From Candidatus Bathyarchaeota archaeon (lineage in GTDB: Archaea > Thermoproteota > Bathyarchaeia > TCS64), in assembly GCA_963771885.1 (NCBI GenBank), contig CAVYVF010000001.1, forward strand, positions 1-64,000: 64,000 nucleotides of DNA, written 5' to 3'. Position numbers and translations under genes: made by a program. The notes beneath the pieces are model-generated. The model was given only the letters and a program-made list of their open reading frames with translations. It was not told the DNA's origin and made no database searches. Of this stretch, positions 18,899 to 30,854 are shown in pieces (the stretch's first letter is position 1; each line of letters starts with the position of its first letter).

Positions 18899-21800
18899 CT
18901 AGATATCGCTGCCCATATCAACACTATTTTTAAACTCGATAATGAACGTCGTACCCTCACCAACCTTCGACTCGAAACTAATTGTGCCTCCATAAGCCTC
19001 AACCGCCTTACGACAAAATGAAAGACCCAGGCCAAATCCACCTACTTTGGTCGTGTATAGAGGCCAAAAGACATTCTCCCTTGACTCCTCAGGTATACCA
19101 ACACCTGTATCGCTGATCTTCAAGGACACTCTCCCCTCATTGTTTTGGACGCTTACTAAGAGCCTACCACCGCCGGGCATCGCCTCAACTGCATTCCTGA
19201 CGAGATTGTCGACGACCCTATGAATGACATTTGGATCAGCATTTATGAACGAGCCCTCAGCCACATCGGCGCTAAGCTCCACATCTGTGGGTATTGTGGC
19301 TTCATTGATTACCCTCCCAACGACATTACACAGGTCGATTCTTGAAGGAGCCATGACGATGTCGGTAGTATTAGTCCTCCAGTCATTGATCATCTTCAGT
19401 GAACGAGACGCGTTCTTCTCCACCATCTCAAGCATCTTGGTGGTTAATGATGCATCTTGCTTCGCCATTTGCACAGCTTGCATTATAACATTTAATGGAC
19501 CCCTGAGGTCATGCGCCACCATAGCCCCCATTCTACTCATAACGCTCAAATTCTCGGCGTACCTCAGCTTCTCCTCCAGTCGACTACGCTCCGTAACATC
19601 TCGAGCCACTGCGAAGACTCCCTGGACCTCCCCCTCATCATTCCTGTAAACGGTGGCGTTGTAGAGAACATCTGTGATCCTCCCCGACGTATGCCTGATA
19701 GCGAGTGGGTAATCCCTAACCACCCCTTCATCGAAGACACGTCGATAACCAGCTCGTGCCCTATCCTGATTAGTGAAGTAACCAGTGAAATCGCTACCTA
19801 CCAGTTTCTGCCTAGGGACGCCGGTAACTTCGACGGTGGCCTGGTTCACGTCCATGATTTTACCATCAAGACTTATGGTGACCAGCGGGTCGAGACTAGC
19901 CTCGAGTAGACTCCTCTCGTATCTGGAGGCCTCCCGTACCTTGCCCTCAGCCGTCATGAGCTGTGTTATATCTCTGCGTATGATGCCTAGGTTTGAGCCT
20001 GTCTTAAATGCCCAGGTCGAAGCCCACCGATCCCCGAACTTGGAGATCACCCTATGAACATCTTCGTAGAATGGTTCCCCGGTAGCTAGGATTTTTTTAA
20101 AGGCGCTATATCGGAGAGTGTTTTCGATCCCCGGTGCAAGATCGATAATATTTTTCCCGATTAGACTTGATTTGTCGGTGCCTTCGGGGTATAGATGGAG
20201 AGCCGCCTTGTTGAGATCGATGAGGTTCAGGTCGCTGTCGTAGATGAAGAATGCGTCAGGCGCGGCTTCCATGAAATCTCCGAGTCTCCCACTAACCTCC
20301 TGGATCTCCAGGGTTCTCTCATCCATGCCTCGCTCGAGCTCTACCAGGTATTCCTGAAGTTTCTCTTTAGTTTTCCTTAGCTCCTCGTTAGAAGCTGATA
20401 GACCCACCTCTGATCTTGCAAGCCTCTCGTTTATTGACCAGAGCTGATGCTCAGTGTTAGCCTGTTCGGTGACATCCTGGAATACTGTGGCGAACCCACC
20501 TTTCTTCATCGAGAATACGGAAATGCTGAAGTGCTTGTTCATGGGTGGGAAGAAGGTCCCAAACTTGGTCGGGTTCCCCGTGGACGCCACCTCCGCGTAG
20601 ATGTTCAGGTAAGGGGGTTCACCTGTACCATACAGCTTCGAGGCGTGTTTCCCGACGACGTCCTCTCTGGTTAACCCAGTAATGGAGGTGTATGCGGGGT
20701 TGACGTCGATTATCCTGTAGTCGATAGGTTTCCCGTTGTTATCGTAGATGAGTTCGTGTAACGCGACGCCTTCCACCATAGAGGCGTAGAGACTGGCGTA
20801 CTTTTCCTCGCTTTCCCTGTGTTCAATCTCCGCCAGTTTTCTGTCGGTGATATCCTGTACCATTCCTATGGATCTTGTAACATTGTTCGACTGGTCCCTG
20901 ATGTGCTCACACCGTTCGTAGACATATCTTATCTCACCCGTCGACTTTCTGACGACTCGGTGCTCAACCTCGTACGAGTTACTTTCCTCCCGTAAAGACC
21001 CAGTATAAGCTTGATCGACCTTCTCCCTGTCTTCAGGATGCACGGCTTCTAGGAAGGCCTCGTATGTTGCCCTAAAAATCTGTGGCTTTAAGCCAAAGAT
21101 ACGGTACACCTCATCAGACCAATACAGTTCGTTTGTAGCCAGGTCCAGCTCCCATGTGCCGAGATGAGCCATCTCCTGAGTTTTTCGCAGACGATCATCG
21201 CTCTCTACAAGCGCCTTCTCCGCGTTCTTTCGCTCTGTTACATCGTTGGTTGAACACGAGGCTTGCCGGCTTCCCCATGTAATCAATAAGGCTGACGGAG
21301 GCCTCGAACGTCCTGATCTGGCCATCCTCTCGCTTTACATTGTACTCGTAAAATCGGGGCTCATCTCCTCCCCTCTGCCTGCTAAGTGTCCTATTCGTTA
21401 TCAAATCCTTCTCCATCACGTGGACCCAAGTCAGGATGCTCTTACCGACGAGGTCTTCGGGCTTCTCCAACCCAAGCATCTTAGCCATCGCCCTATTCGC
21501 GTAGACGAAGTTGAGGCCCTGAATTATGGCGAATCCGCCACGGTTGTCCTCGATACTCGCTTCGTAGAGGTTCTGGAACCGTCGCCTCAGAACCGCCGCC
21601 CTTACTCGGCGGGCGAGTACCTCATAGCTAGCCAGTGGCACCTCTTTTCGAATGTAGTCGTCCGCACCCGCTGCGAATGCTGCTGAGGCTACCTCCTCGC
21701 TCCCCCTACCAGTATGGATTATGAAGGGTACATTGCTGAAGGTTCTTATCTTTCTACAAAGCTCAATGCCGTTTAACCCGGGCATTTGAAAATCTGACAC

Positions 21801-21980
21801 TATACACTCATATTTTTGCTCATGCAGGATCGTGAGTGCGTCTACCGGATTCAGTATAATGTCTGCTGAGATCGAGTTGTCCGCGTTCTCGATGTTTAAC
21901 TTCGTTAGCTCGATTTGGCTTGGGTCGTCGTCGATGAGGAGGACGCGTATTCGATCCTGCATATCAAATGAAAGGAACAC
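18899..21980 (-). CDS. Soluble hybrid sensor kinase: receiver, about 5 PAS domains, HisKA, HATPase; frameshift near 21250
   Basis: REC (LIDDD, SDFQMP, TGRG, YIRK); repeated PAS ends (DVTERK, QDITDRK, QDVTE, RDIT, RDVTER); AHDLRGPL, NLVRNAVEAM, DTGVGI, GFGLGL. Joins ORFs 21195..21980 and 18899..21325. Confidence 0.9.
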
Positions 21981-22098
21981 CGAAATATATCAATTAGTGA
22001 ATTTAGGAAATGCTTCATACACCAACACAATTACCCGATAGTGATGAATACCCCAGATATTTTATAATCACACTAACTCTACTCTACTCGATATTCTG

Positions 22099-23177
22099 AT
22101 GACTGAGGTGGAGTATAAGAAAAAGAGTGGGACGACTCTCGACGAGCAGTATATGGTACATCACCCACAGGTGCTATCGGACTTCGAGGAGGAGATGCCG
22201 AGGATCTGGGGTAGGAATTGGAAGGCTAACACGACCATAGGTAAGCTCAGGACGGTGCTCCTCCATAGACCCGGGAAAGAGTTCCTGAGCGTAGGTAAAC
22301 CCACCCCGTGGGCTCCGCATGACTCCAGCCTAGCAGCCTGGAGGATGAGCTACAAGCCGACGGATCTGACGGAGCTCACTAGGGACTTTGAGACTCTTAA
22401 GAAGGCATACAGGGATGAGGGAGTTGAGGTCATCGAGCGGAAGCCCGACCCCTACAATCCCCCCTATCAGGTCAAGGCGATATACACGGACGACGTCTGT
22501 CACCCCGCCGTCTACGGCCAGGTGATACTGAGGATGTATGATAACATCCGAAAGGGGGAAGAACTCCCCACTTACCAGACCCTCGCCGAGGCGGGTTGCC
22601 CTGTCGTAGGCATGATAACGGGGAGGGGGATGGCTGAGGGGGAAACATCGGCTGGCTCGACGAGAAGCACCTCTTCGCCGCGGTCCACTACCCGCGAATT
22701 AACACGGCAGAGCCTGAGGTCTGGCGTGCGAATGACTGGGGCCACGAACAGCTCAAGAGAATTATCCAAACGCAGGACCCCGAGGTAGATGTCCGGATTT
22801 TCCCCGGCTTCGGGCCGCGCCCACTGCTAACCCATTACTGCATGATAGACAGACATACATCGGTTTCAAACCCGAAGTGGCTCGACAGATACACGTTGGA
22901 CTGGCTCAGAAGCGAGATGGACTGGAAGTTCGTGGTTCCGCCCGATGACATATGCAGGGTAGATCAGGGAATGCCTGTGGGACCTGAGACCGGGGTCGTC
23001 CTAGAACCTATGAAGATCCTCGTACCGTCGGGGGCTCCGGAGGGAACGAAGTGGCTCGAAAAGGTAGGCGTTGAGGTGGTTGAGGTTGACATGCCCAGCC
23101 TCGTAGGCCCGAGGAACAGCGGGTCTATACACTGCGCAGCGGGTTCGCTGATAAGGGACCCTGAGCCCAAAGACTAG
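22099..23177 (+). CDS. Amidinotransferase / arginine deiminase / DDAH superfamily enzyme; frameshift in a G-run near 22640
   Basis: IGKLRTVLLHRPGKE, AEG|GNIGWLD, C-terminal GSIHCAAGSLIR; one shift joins ORFs 22099 and 22842. Confidence 0.85.
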
Positions 23178-23437
23178 ATTGACGCCTCGAATAAGAGTGC
23201 TCCAATGCACGAACGCTTTGGTAATGGCATTTGATTCTCCCAGCCGAAGCCATTTACAAGCCTGAAAAGCGCGCATGCGTCGCGCAATGAAGTTGATCGA
23301 GCCAGGTCTATTGGCTAGAATAGTAAGGGGTGGCACGCACATGTCGTATCCCACTAGCTGAAGTAAAGATCAAAATGGAATACCTAAACCCACAACTGTT
23401 CTCATTAAATGGGAAGGTATCCCTAAATTTTTCGTGC

Positions 23438-23989
23438 TTACACAGCGGCAGCTGCACCAGCATTAAAAAATGGAGTATAGTAAGGATTCGCAGGCGCTGC
23501 GAAGACGCGTGTGGACATCTCCCTATCTATCATTAGCAGTCCCCGACCATCATTACCAACAAGCGCAAGGTTTTTCGCTGCCTCATCCGTGTTCGCCTCC
23601 TCCTCTACCTGCTCCTCTGTAAACCAGTCAAGCATCTTGACGGTGGCGAAGTCTTTCTCGGCACGGGCCAGCTCCATCAAATAGTTGATCCTGCCAGTGA
23701 TGTGTAACTCGTGCTCATGCGCCCCCTCGAAGATGGCGAGGGGACTCGCCCACGAAGCTGGGGGCTTCGCCAACGCCTCCAGCTCCACCTTGAGCCTGCG
23801 ATTTATGATGTAATTGTAGAAAATTGTAGCGTGCGCCTGCTCTTCGTGCGCCTGTATCCACATCCAGTGTGCCATACCTTTGAAGTTTTTATCCCAGAGG
23901 TCAGCAGCCATCGCCTCGTAGATGTACTGGCTGTACAACTCCTCATTTATTTGCTTGTTCAACTCCCGTAGGAGGTTCTCAGATACCAT
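23438..23989 (-). CDS. ftnA: Non-haem ferritin
   Basis: LNKQINEELYSQYIY, QAHEEQAHA, HELHITGRIN, LDWFTEEQVEEE ferroxidase motifs; start ATG 23989. Confidence 0.95.
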   Translation of the reverse strand: MVSENLLRELNKQINEELYSQYIYEAMAADLWDKNFKGMAHWMWIQAHEEQAHATIFYNYIINRRLKVELEALAKPPASWASPLAIFEGAHEHELHITGRINYLMELARAEKDFATVKMLDWFTEEQVEEEANTDEAAKNLALVGNDGRGLLMIDREMSTRVFAAPANPYYTPFFNAGAAAAV

Positions 23990-24273
23990 GAATGGGTTTA
24001 GATATCCACTCTTAAAAACCCTTGATACGTGCGGTGGATTTGAGTTTCCTGCAACGCATATCATGGTTTACACGTTTGTGCCTTTACAAGTCTGTATATC
24101 GATACTGGGAGAATAGATATCCATAATTCTAGTAATCCGCACGCGAAATCAAATTCCAAAGGCGCGCGCGGGAGTTGGGGAAGATTAAGCGGGGACGTGA
24201 CCCGGAATATTGGGCGTTAAAGGTAATTTTGGATGATGATGAGTCGGTTAAGATGTAGCGTTTCACTAGCCTT

Positions 24274-24708
24274 TCACTCTACGTCTTTAGGCGCATCGTT
24301 CCAGAACCGGCTCTCGTTCAGGTAGTCGAGCTGCCAGTCCCCCGGCCAGTCATCCATACGACTAATATTACTGAGCCTATCCGCAAACTTGACGATAACC
24401 GCCTTCTTACTACGCAGACACGGAAAATATCGCCCAGACTCCTTAGACCCAACATGCGTACACTCAACGACCAGATCAGCGACCTCCTTGCTAAACTCCT
24501 GCTCCAGCTCCTCACATGTACCCCCCACATCCTCAACGACGTCGTGCAGAATACCCGCACAGAGCGTCGCCTCATCCGACGTAACCACGTTTAGGATGTT
24601 ATAGACCTGGATTAGATGCGCGAAGAAGTAGGGTCGACCCTGATCGTCACGCTGCCCACGGTGCCTAACACTCGCGTACTCAAGCGCCTTATCCACAAGC
24701 GTATTCAC
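24274..24708 (-). CDS. HD-domain hydrolase, Mesh1 / small alarmone hydrolase-like
   Basis: ALEYASVRHRGQRD..GRPYFFAH...AGILHDVVED...FSKEVADLV...VKFADRLSN. Confidence 0.88.
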   Translation of the reverse strand: MNTLVDKALEYASVRHRGQRDDQGRPYFFAHLIQVYNILNVVTSDEATLCAGILHDVVEDVGGTCEELEQEFSKEVADLVVECTHVGSKESGRYFPCLRSKKAVIVKFADRLSNISRMDDWPGDWQLDYLNESRFWNDAPKDVE

Positions 24709-25143
24709 TCAGCCTTCCTCCGGGGCTCCCTGGGCCAGAAGCAGCTCTTCTTCGAGGTAGGTTTCCTGGTCACACTCAGGCCATCCATCCATTGTGACGA
24801 GTCTGCTGAGGCGGTCAGCGTACTTGAGCATAACACCCTTCCTGCTGTGGAGGCGGGGGTAGTAGTGGCTGCCGTCCTTGTTCTCTTCGTAGGTTACCTC
24901 GTTGACGAGGTCTGCTATGTCCTTGTTGAACTCGTGGAGGAGCTCCTGGTAGGTGGTGGGGGTGTCCTCTAGGATGTCGTGGAGTATGGCTGCGCTGAGT
25001 AGAGTGTCGTCATCGGTGACCTCGTTGAGTATGTCGTAAACTTGGACGACGTGTGCGAAGAAGTAGGGTAACCCGTTGTCGTCCAGCTGCTTCTCGTGCT
25101 TCGTGCTGGCGTACTCGAGGGCTTTGTCCTGGTATCTTCTCAA
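24705..25143 (-). CDS. Second tandem Mesh1-like HD hydrolase; probable 1-nt insertion near 24750
   Basis: ALEYASTKHEKQLD..GLPYFFAH...AAILHDILED...LKYADRLS. The shifted frame gives KSCFW (paralogue ESRFW) and a TGA overlapping the next GTG. Confidence 0.88.
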
Positions 25144-25435
25144 GAAGGGTCAATTATTGATTGTGAAACATGTGTTTAAAGAAATTTTCTCTTAAAGATT
25201 ATCCGATTGTTTGTTAGGCAGTAGTTAAGATGCGCATTATTAGGATAGTTAATCTTATCATCACTTCCACCTGATAATTAGCACGCGCGATCAGGATTGT
25301 TTTTGAACTTATTTTAAATTTGGTTTATCTTCGAAAGTTATGAATATCATTGGTTTCGGTTGGGCAATTAAAAAAACGATCAACGTGGAGAAGAGTGTCG
25401 TTTCCCCCTAACGCTCGCGCCGTTCATGCGAGTAG

Positions 25436-27160
25436 TCAAAGCATTTTAGGGGTTATGAAGAGGGAGAGTAGGAAGATGATCAGTGTGATGGCTGTGCCGC
25501 CCGCTGAGAAGAGTATCGCCCGCCTCAGCGCGGGGTTCTCCCCCTCTTTCTTCTTAATGTCGAGGGCAGTCAGCAGGGTAACGATGTTAAAGGGCATGAA
25601 GATTACGCTGAGGAAACACGCCATCGCCATCTTTGAGATCATCTTGGAGTCCCTCTTCTCGGCGTGGTAGGCGGCGTCGGGGGTTATCACGCTGATGAAC
25701 TCGACCTTGTCGAAGGAGTTTTCGACGTCGAGTTTGCCCTTCTCATACCACTTACTCTTGTCGTCGATATGCCTCGCAGGGATGAGGTTAAGCCCAATGG
25801 TTCTCATGGCCCACTCGAGGGTTCCGACGTAGTCAATCTTCTCCCAGAGGATCATTATAACCGGGAAGATCACAAGGATCACCCCGAAGACCAGCAGGAC
25901 CCCGTCCCACATCAGCTTGACCCTCTGCTGCCCAGTAAGGAGGATCGAGACGGCGACCCACACCCCGAATATGAGCCACTGGTTATTGTAGTTGGTTAGG
26001 GAGATGAAGCCATAACGCCTGATGAAGCGCACGATCCGGTTATTGCCGAACTCGTGCCCTATGCCACGCCAGTCAACTAGGTAGATGGTGACCATGGCGA
26101 ACATCACGCCGAATCCGTTGAAGGCGAGGAACTGCCACAGCCAGGTGAATATGCTGACGTACGGCGCGTAGACTGCCTCGAAGTTGTCTGGGAACCAGGA
26201 TCGGTGGAAGCTGCTCTCCGTATACATATTGACGGCTTGAGCCAAACCCGCGCCGTTTGCAACGTTAACCAGCGTGTAGCCGACTCCGATAATGCCCACG
26301 ATGAAGGCGATAAGCCCGATTGTGATTACTCTCTTGACGAAGTGTTTTGGTATTTTATCGGGTGGTTGGCACATAACTATACCAATTATCGAGCCTACAC
26401 AGGAAACTGCGAGATAGGGGAAAAGAGGCTCTTTAGGTGCCGCCAACACCGCGAGGAATGGGCTTATCAGGATGTAAAATGGATTGTCAACGCCTATCAT
26501 GGGCATGTATATCTGTTGCCCGGATGCGGCAGATCGCGCCCAAGGGTAGCCGGGAACTAGGATTCCGACGCCGATCCAGACAGGGATCGTTAAAGCAACT
26601 ATGGCGATGGCGATGAGGGCGTAGTTCCTAATCATGACGGGGACGTTCCTCCACTGCTCCCTCCGGCTCAAGGCGCCCTGTATGATGCCGTTAAAGACGA
26701 CGCACCAGCCGATGGTGTGTATGGTTTCGAAGTGGTTCCACCGGGTCAAGGCGCGTGTGATGATGGAGCTCCAGTTGATGGTGCCGCCGAGGTTTCGCAC
26801 AAGCAGCCCGAAGGCCCCGTTGTAGCCGATCAGTCCCTCGGACAGCATGCCGAAGGCGACAATTAGCAGACCCGTGAATATCTGCCGGAGGACCAGGGCT
26901 CGAATGGGGAGCCCTTTCTCCTGGAGCTTGTACATTGACACCATGTTCGCGATGGCGCTCGTTATGAGGAAGAAACCAGCCAATCCTCCCATGAACGGGA
27001 GGATGATCAACACGAGTATGTTGGCAAGGGGCAGATTATTGATGCTGGAGAACAGTGTGTTTGAGTCCAGAACCTGGTCGACTACGTGTAGACTGATCAT
27101 GAGGAAGATCGCTGACCCCCTCATGAAGTCGAGACTCGCAAAACGTTTCATCTTAATCAC
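25436..27160 (-). CDS. Polytopic membrane protein with HGSNAT/DUF1624-like acyltransferase N-terminus
   Basis: KRFASLDFMRGSAIFLMISLH, FETIHTIGW, PLFPYL, GTLEWAM; more than 12 TM segments. Confidence 0.7.
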   Translation of the reverse strand: MIKMKRFASLDFMRGSAIFLMISLHVVDQVLDSNTLFSSINNLPLANILVLIILPFMGGLAGFFLITSAIANMVSMYKLQEKGLPIRALVLRQIFTGLLIVAFGMLSEGLIGYNGAFGLLVRNLGGTINWSSIITRALTRWNHFETIHTIGWCVVFNGIIQGALSRREQWRNVPVMIRNYALIAIAIVALTIPVWIGVGILVPGYPWARSAASGQQIYMPMIGVDNPFYILISPFLAVLAAPKEPLFPYLAVSCVGSIIGIVMCQPPDKIPKHFVKRVITIGLIAFIVGIIGVGYTLVNVANGAGLAQAVNMYTESSFHRSWFPDNFEAVYAPYVSIFTWLWQFLAFNGFGVMFAMVTIYLVDWRGIGHEFGNNRIVRFIRRYGFISLTNYNNQWLIFGVWVAVSILLTGQQRVKLMWDGVLLVFGVILVIFPVIMILWEKIDYVGTLEWAMRTIGLNLIPARHIDDKSKWYEKGKLDVENSFDKVEFISVITPDAAYHAEKRDSKMISKMAMACFLSVIFMPFNIVTLLTALDIKKKEGENPALRRAILFSAGGTAITLIIFLLSLFITPKML

Positions 27161-27324
27161 CGGCGCGTGGCCGCGAATTCATAAATCATGTGAATGTAAA
27201 TAAGTCATTTATGTTATGGCCAAACACAGAAAAATTCCCTAAGCTGAAAAATGAGCTTACTTGTGTAATCGTGAAATTAGTTAAATTAAATTAATTATAG
27301 TAGGGGAGGGTGTAAGATATCCCC

Positions 27325-29038
27325 ATGCTTCTCGACAAGGCCAACTCGAGCGGAGACGAGAAGCCCTGGTATCGAGTGTGGCCTGACAAGGTCCCAAAGC
27401 ACATCTCCTACCCTCAAAAGTCGCTGGGGGAGCTTCTCGGCTCGAGCGCCGCCAAGCACCCGGACAGGACGGCTCTGGTCTACTATGATAACCGTATCAA
27501 CTACAGGGACCTCGACAGACTAGCTAACAGGTTCGCAAGAGGCTTAGCCGGTCTGGGAGTGAGGAAGGGGGACAGAGTCGCCCTGTACCTCCCGAACACC
27601 CCCCAGTTCATCATCGCGTTCTACGGAGCCATACGTTGCGGCGCGATCGTCACGTCTCTGAACCTGCTGGAAAAGGGAAGCGACATAGAGCATCAGCTGG
27701 TGGACTCAGGTGCTGAGACCATAGTGGCACTGGACCTCTTCTACCCCACACTCTCAGGTGTGATCGATAGGACCCGCCTCAGGAGAGTGATAATCACCAG
27801 GCTGAAGGACTTCATGCCCGCCTCGAAATCGCTTCTGGGAACCCTTCTGGGGAAGATCCCCTCCCAGCCGATCGAGCCTAGAGCAAACCAGTATAACTTC
27901 AAGGGCCTGGTTAACAGAAACGACGATACCCCATACTCCATTGAGATCGATCCCGGCGAAGACATAGCGGTACTTCAGTACACAGGGGGCACGACAGGGA
28001 CACCGAAGGGCGCCATGCTGACCCATCTGAACCTCGTATCCAATACGGTCATGTGCCTAAAGTGGCTGGGGACCGAATCGGATGAGTCCTACCTATCGAT
28101 CCTGCCCTTCTTCCACATCTACGGGCTGATGACAGGCCTCCTCGCGCCGCTGTACATCGGGGCCAAGGTCGTTGTATATCCAAAGTTTGACCCGGGGCAG
28201 GTGCTTCGGGCCATCGAGAAATATAGAATACAGGTCTTCTGTGGCGTGCCGACGCTGTACGACAAACTGCTGAGGGATCCGAGCATCGGAAAGTACGACT
28301 ACTCCTCGCTCAGGTTTTGCATGTCGGGGTCGGATACCCTCCGCCCCGAGCTCAAGGAAAGTTTCGGGAAAGTCTTCGGGTCGACCATTATTGAAGGCTA
28401 TGGCCTCTCTGAGGCATCACCGATTACACACAGCAACCCCCTTGAACCGAAAGTACAGGGAAAAATGGGATCGATCGGAATACCTTGGCCGGACACTGAC
28501 GCAAAGATAGTAGACATCGAGGAGGGAAAGACCTCCCTCAGGATAGGTGAGGTCGGGGAGCTTGCGATCAGGGGCCCCCAGGTGATGAAAGGCTACTGGC
28601 GGAGGCGGGAGGAGACGGACTCGGTTCTCCGAGGCGGGTGGCTCTACACGGGCGACTTAGCCCGTATGGACGAGGAAGGGTACTTCTACATAGTCGACCG
28701 GAAGAAGGACCTGATAAAGTACAAGGGACACAGCGTGTACCCCAGAGAGCTCGAGGCCGTGCTGTATACGCACCCGGATGTTGAGGTCTGTGCTGTCGTC
28801 GGGAGAACCGATTCGGCTGCGGGGGAGATTCCGAAGGGCTACGTTGTTTTGAAGGAGGGGGCGAGGGCATCTGAGGAGGAGTTGATGAGGTTCGTCAACG
28901 AGAGGGTTGCGAGGTACAAGTCCATCAGGGAGATTGAGCTCCGGGCGGAGTTGCCAACTAGCCCAATAGGGAAAGGTCTTGAAGCGTAGCCTCCGTGACG
29001 CATCCTATGATGACGGTTTAGTAAAAAACGGATCATGA
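27325..29038 (+). CDS. fadD: Long-chain acyl-CoA synthetase (FadD-like); frameshift near 28973
   Basis: YTGGTTGTPKG, EGYGLSE, TGD, DRKKDLI; the shifted frame restores GKVLKR and ends at 29038. Confidence 0.9.
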
Positions 29039-29049
29039 ACGCCTCTTCA

Positions 29050-29089
29050 ACACGCGCGCGAGGAAAAGAGTGAAGGGGTATGCGCGCGC
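29050..29089. repeat. Paired intergenic (CG)n tracts
   Basis: acacgcgcgcg and tatgcgcgcgc, just after the fadD stop. Confidence 0.85.
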
Positions 29090-29181
29090 TAATAATTTCT
29101 TAGCTTTCTTAAATTAAAGATACACTTCATGTGCTCTCTTCTCAAAGAAAGGTTAAGTAGAAATATACCACTCAGCTGTTT

Positions 29182-29688
29182 ATGGACCTCACAAAGTTAG
29201 CGGATTATAACCTCTGGGCAAACGACCTCACAAGAGAAAAACTATGCACCTTAACCGAGGAAGAATTCAGCAGAGACGTTCTCCCACCGTATGGGTCCAT
29301 AAAGAACCTCATAACCCACATCGTAGCTGCCATAGAATACAATAGGATTAACAAAGTTGAAGGCGGAAAAATAGAAGGAGACGATCTCCACGGTTTTCTA
29401 TGGCAGATGCCATTAGAGCAGTTACTAAATCATTGGAGAGAAATGGATCTGTGGCTTAAGGAATTTTCTTCGAGTCAGCTGAACCTTAAGACAGTATTTC
29501 CAAACTTTTTGGGTGAGGGTAAGATTTGTGTTGACCACGATGAGTACCTTTTACAATACTTGATTCACACTGTACATCATAGGGCTCAGGTGATGAGTGC
29601 ATTGAGGCTTATGGGTAAGGAAGCCTTAGGTACAGACCTTCTTTTCTACTTGTCGAGTCTACCAGATAAAAAATTGAAGCCTAGATAA
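29182..29688 (+). CDS. DinB/YfiT family protein
   Basis: YNLWAN, GSIKNLITHIV, HTVHHRAQV, GTDL. Confidence 0.88.
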   Translation: MDLTKLADYNLWANDLTREKLCTLTEEEFSRDVLPPYGSIKNLITHIVAAIEYNRINKVEGGKIEGDDLHGFLWQMPLEQLLNHWREMDLWLKEFSSSQLNLKTVFPNFLGEGKICVDHDEYLLQYLIHTVHHRAQVMSALRLMGKEALGTDLLFYLSSLPDKKLKPR

Positions 29689-29785
29689 CCAATAGAACTA
29701 ACCGTTTGGGGTCATCAACTATCTCACTTGCACCTGATACTCGCACCATTATTTTTAAAAAAGGGGAAAATACGATTTGAGTAGA

Positions 29786-30070
29786 CTAGGGCATCGGCAT
29801 CTTCCAGAGTGAAATGGTCCTTGCCTTCGTCATCGGAGCCTTTTCCATAGCCTCAGAGCCGATGTATTTCTCAAAGTCAGTAACTGAACCCTCGAGAATC
29901 ACAGCTGCCCCCTCTGAGACCCCAAATGGTCCAAATGGGCCAACCATCTTCAAGTTATACTTCTTTAGAGCCTTCTCGTAGTCAGCCCATGCTTTCTTGT
30001 ACTCCACCATATCTTTGTACGGCTTGTCTTCCCCGAAGATCACATAATGAGTAAAAGCCATTTTGTTCAC
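29786..30070 (-). CDS. Small hypothetical protein, probable ferredoxin-like alpha/beta fold
   Basis: KKYNLKMVGPFGPFGVSEGAAVILE...ARTI resembles 49695..49979. Confidence 0.7.
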   Translation of the reverse strand: MNKMAFTHYVIFGEDKPYKDMVEYKKAWADYEKALKKYNLKMVGPFGPFGVSEGAAVILEGSVTDFEKYIGSEAMEKAPMTKARTISLWKMPMP

Positions 30071-30226
30071 ACATCCCTTTTTCGCAGGCGATCCAGCATG
30101 CGTGGATGGTTTTTCTCAATTTCTTCATTAATCATGTATGTTTACAAAAGTATACAATTCACACTCGCCTGCACCTTCTCCAGCAAGAAAAGCTAACCCC
30201 AAAGGCTCTTCGCCATTAGCCTCATC

Positions 30227-30739
30227 TTACGTGCAAGACTTACATCTAGTTTTTCTCTGAAAAAATTCAGATAGCAAACGCATATAGTCAGGTAGCTTTT
30301 CCCGGGTTGGTTCCCAGAACTCGAATGTTATCCCGTTACACATTTCTATTCGTTGATTATCTAGAGTGTATGTTTTTCTAAATTTACAGTTGTCACCCCT
30401 CTGGTTTTTACAGTGCTTGCATCTACCGTAATCTCCCGTGAACACTTTTTTGATATATGCAGGAGCGTCCTCGATGAATTTGCGGTGATCATCGATCTTG
30501 TTGAGGAAGAGACGTAGAACGATGCCTTTTTCCCTAATATATATGCGAGCGACAACCTTCCGATTTTTCACTCCTGATCTAGAATAGATTATCATGTATT
30601 TGCCCCAGCAATAACCGCCTCCAATGTTGGGACCTGAATCGTATCCTAGCTTCCTTATTTCGTCGTCGAATGCAAGTATGAAGTCTTTATCATTCTCAGC
30701 CATGAAGCTGAATCTTTCATCGGATAACAGACTTTTCAT
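30227..30739 (-). CDS. Hypothetical Cys-containing protein
   Basis: Clean ORF from ATG 30739; CKHC...C...CNG pattern. Confidence 0.7.
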   Translation of the reverse strand: MKSLLSDERFSFMAENDKDFILAFDDEIRKLGYDSGPNIGGGYCWGKYMIIYSRSGVKNRKVVARIYIREKGIVLRLFLNKIDDHRKFIEDAPAYIKKVFTGDYGRCKHCKNQRGDNCKFRKTYTLDNQRIEMCNGITFEFWEPTREKLPDYMRLLSEFFQRKTRCKSCT

Positions 30740-30757
30740 CTTATTCCTCGCGTAATT

Positions 30758-30774
30758 TACGCGCGCGCATACAC
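30758..30774. repeat. 17-nt alternating purine-pyrimidine tract in a divergent spacer
   Basis: tacgcgcgcgcatacac. Confidence 0.85.
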
Positions 30775-30854
30775 TCCAAAAGTGCACGCTCGCGACATTG
30801 ATATTATTAATTTCGGAGTCTCGTATATAATCAATCCATAGAAGCCTGATTGCC

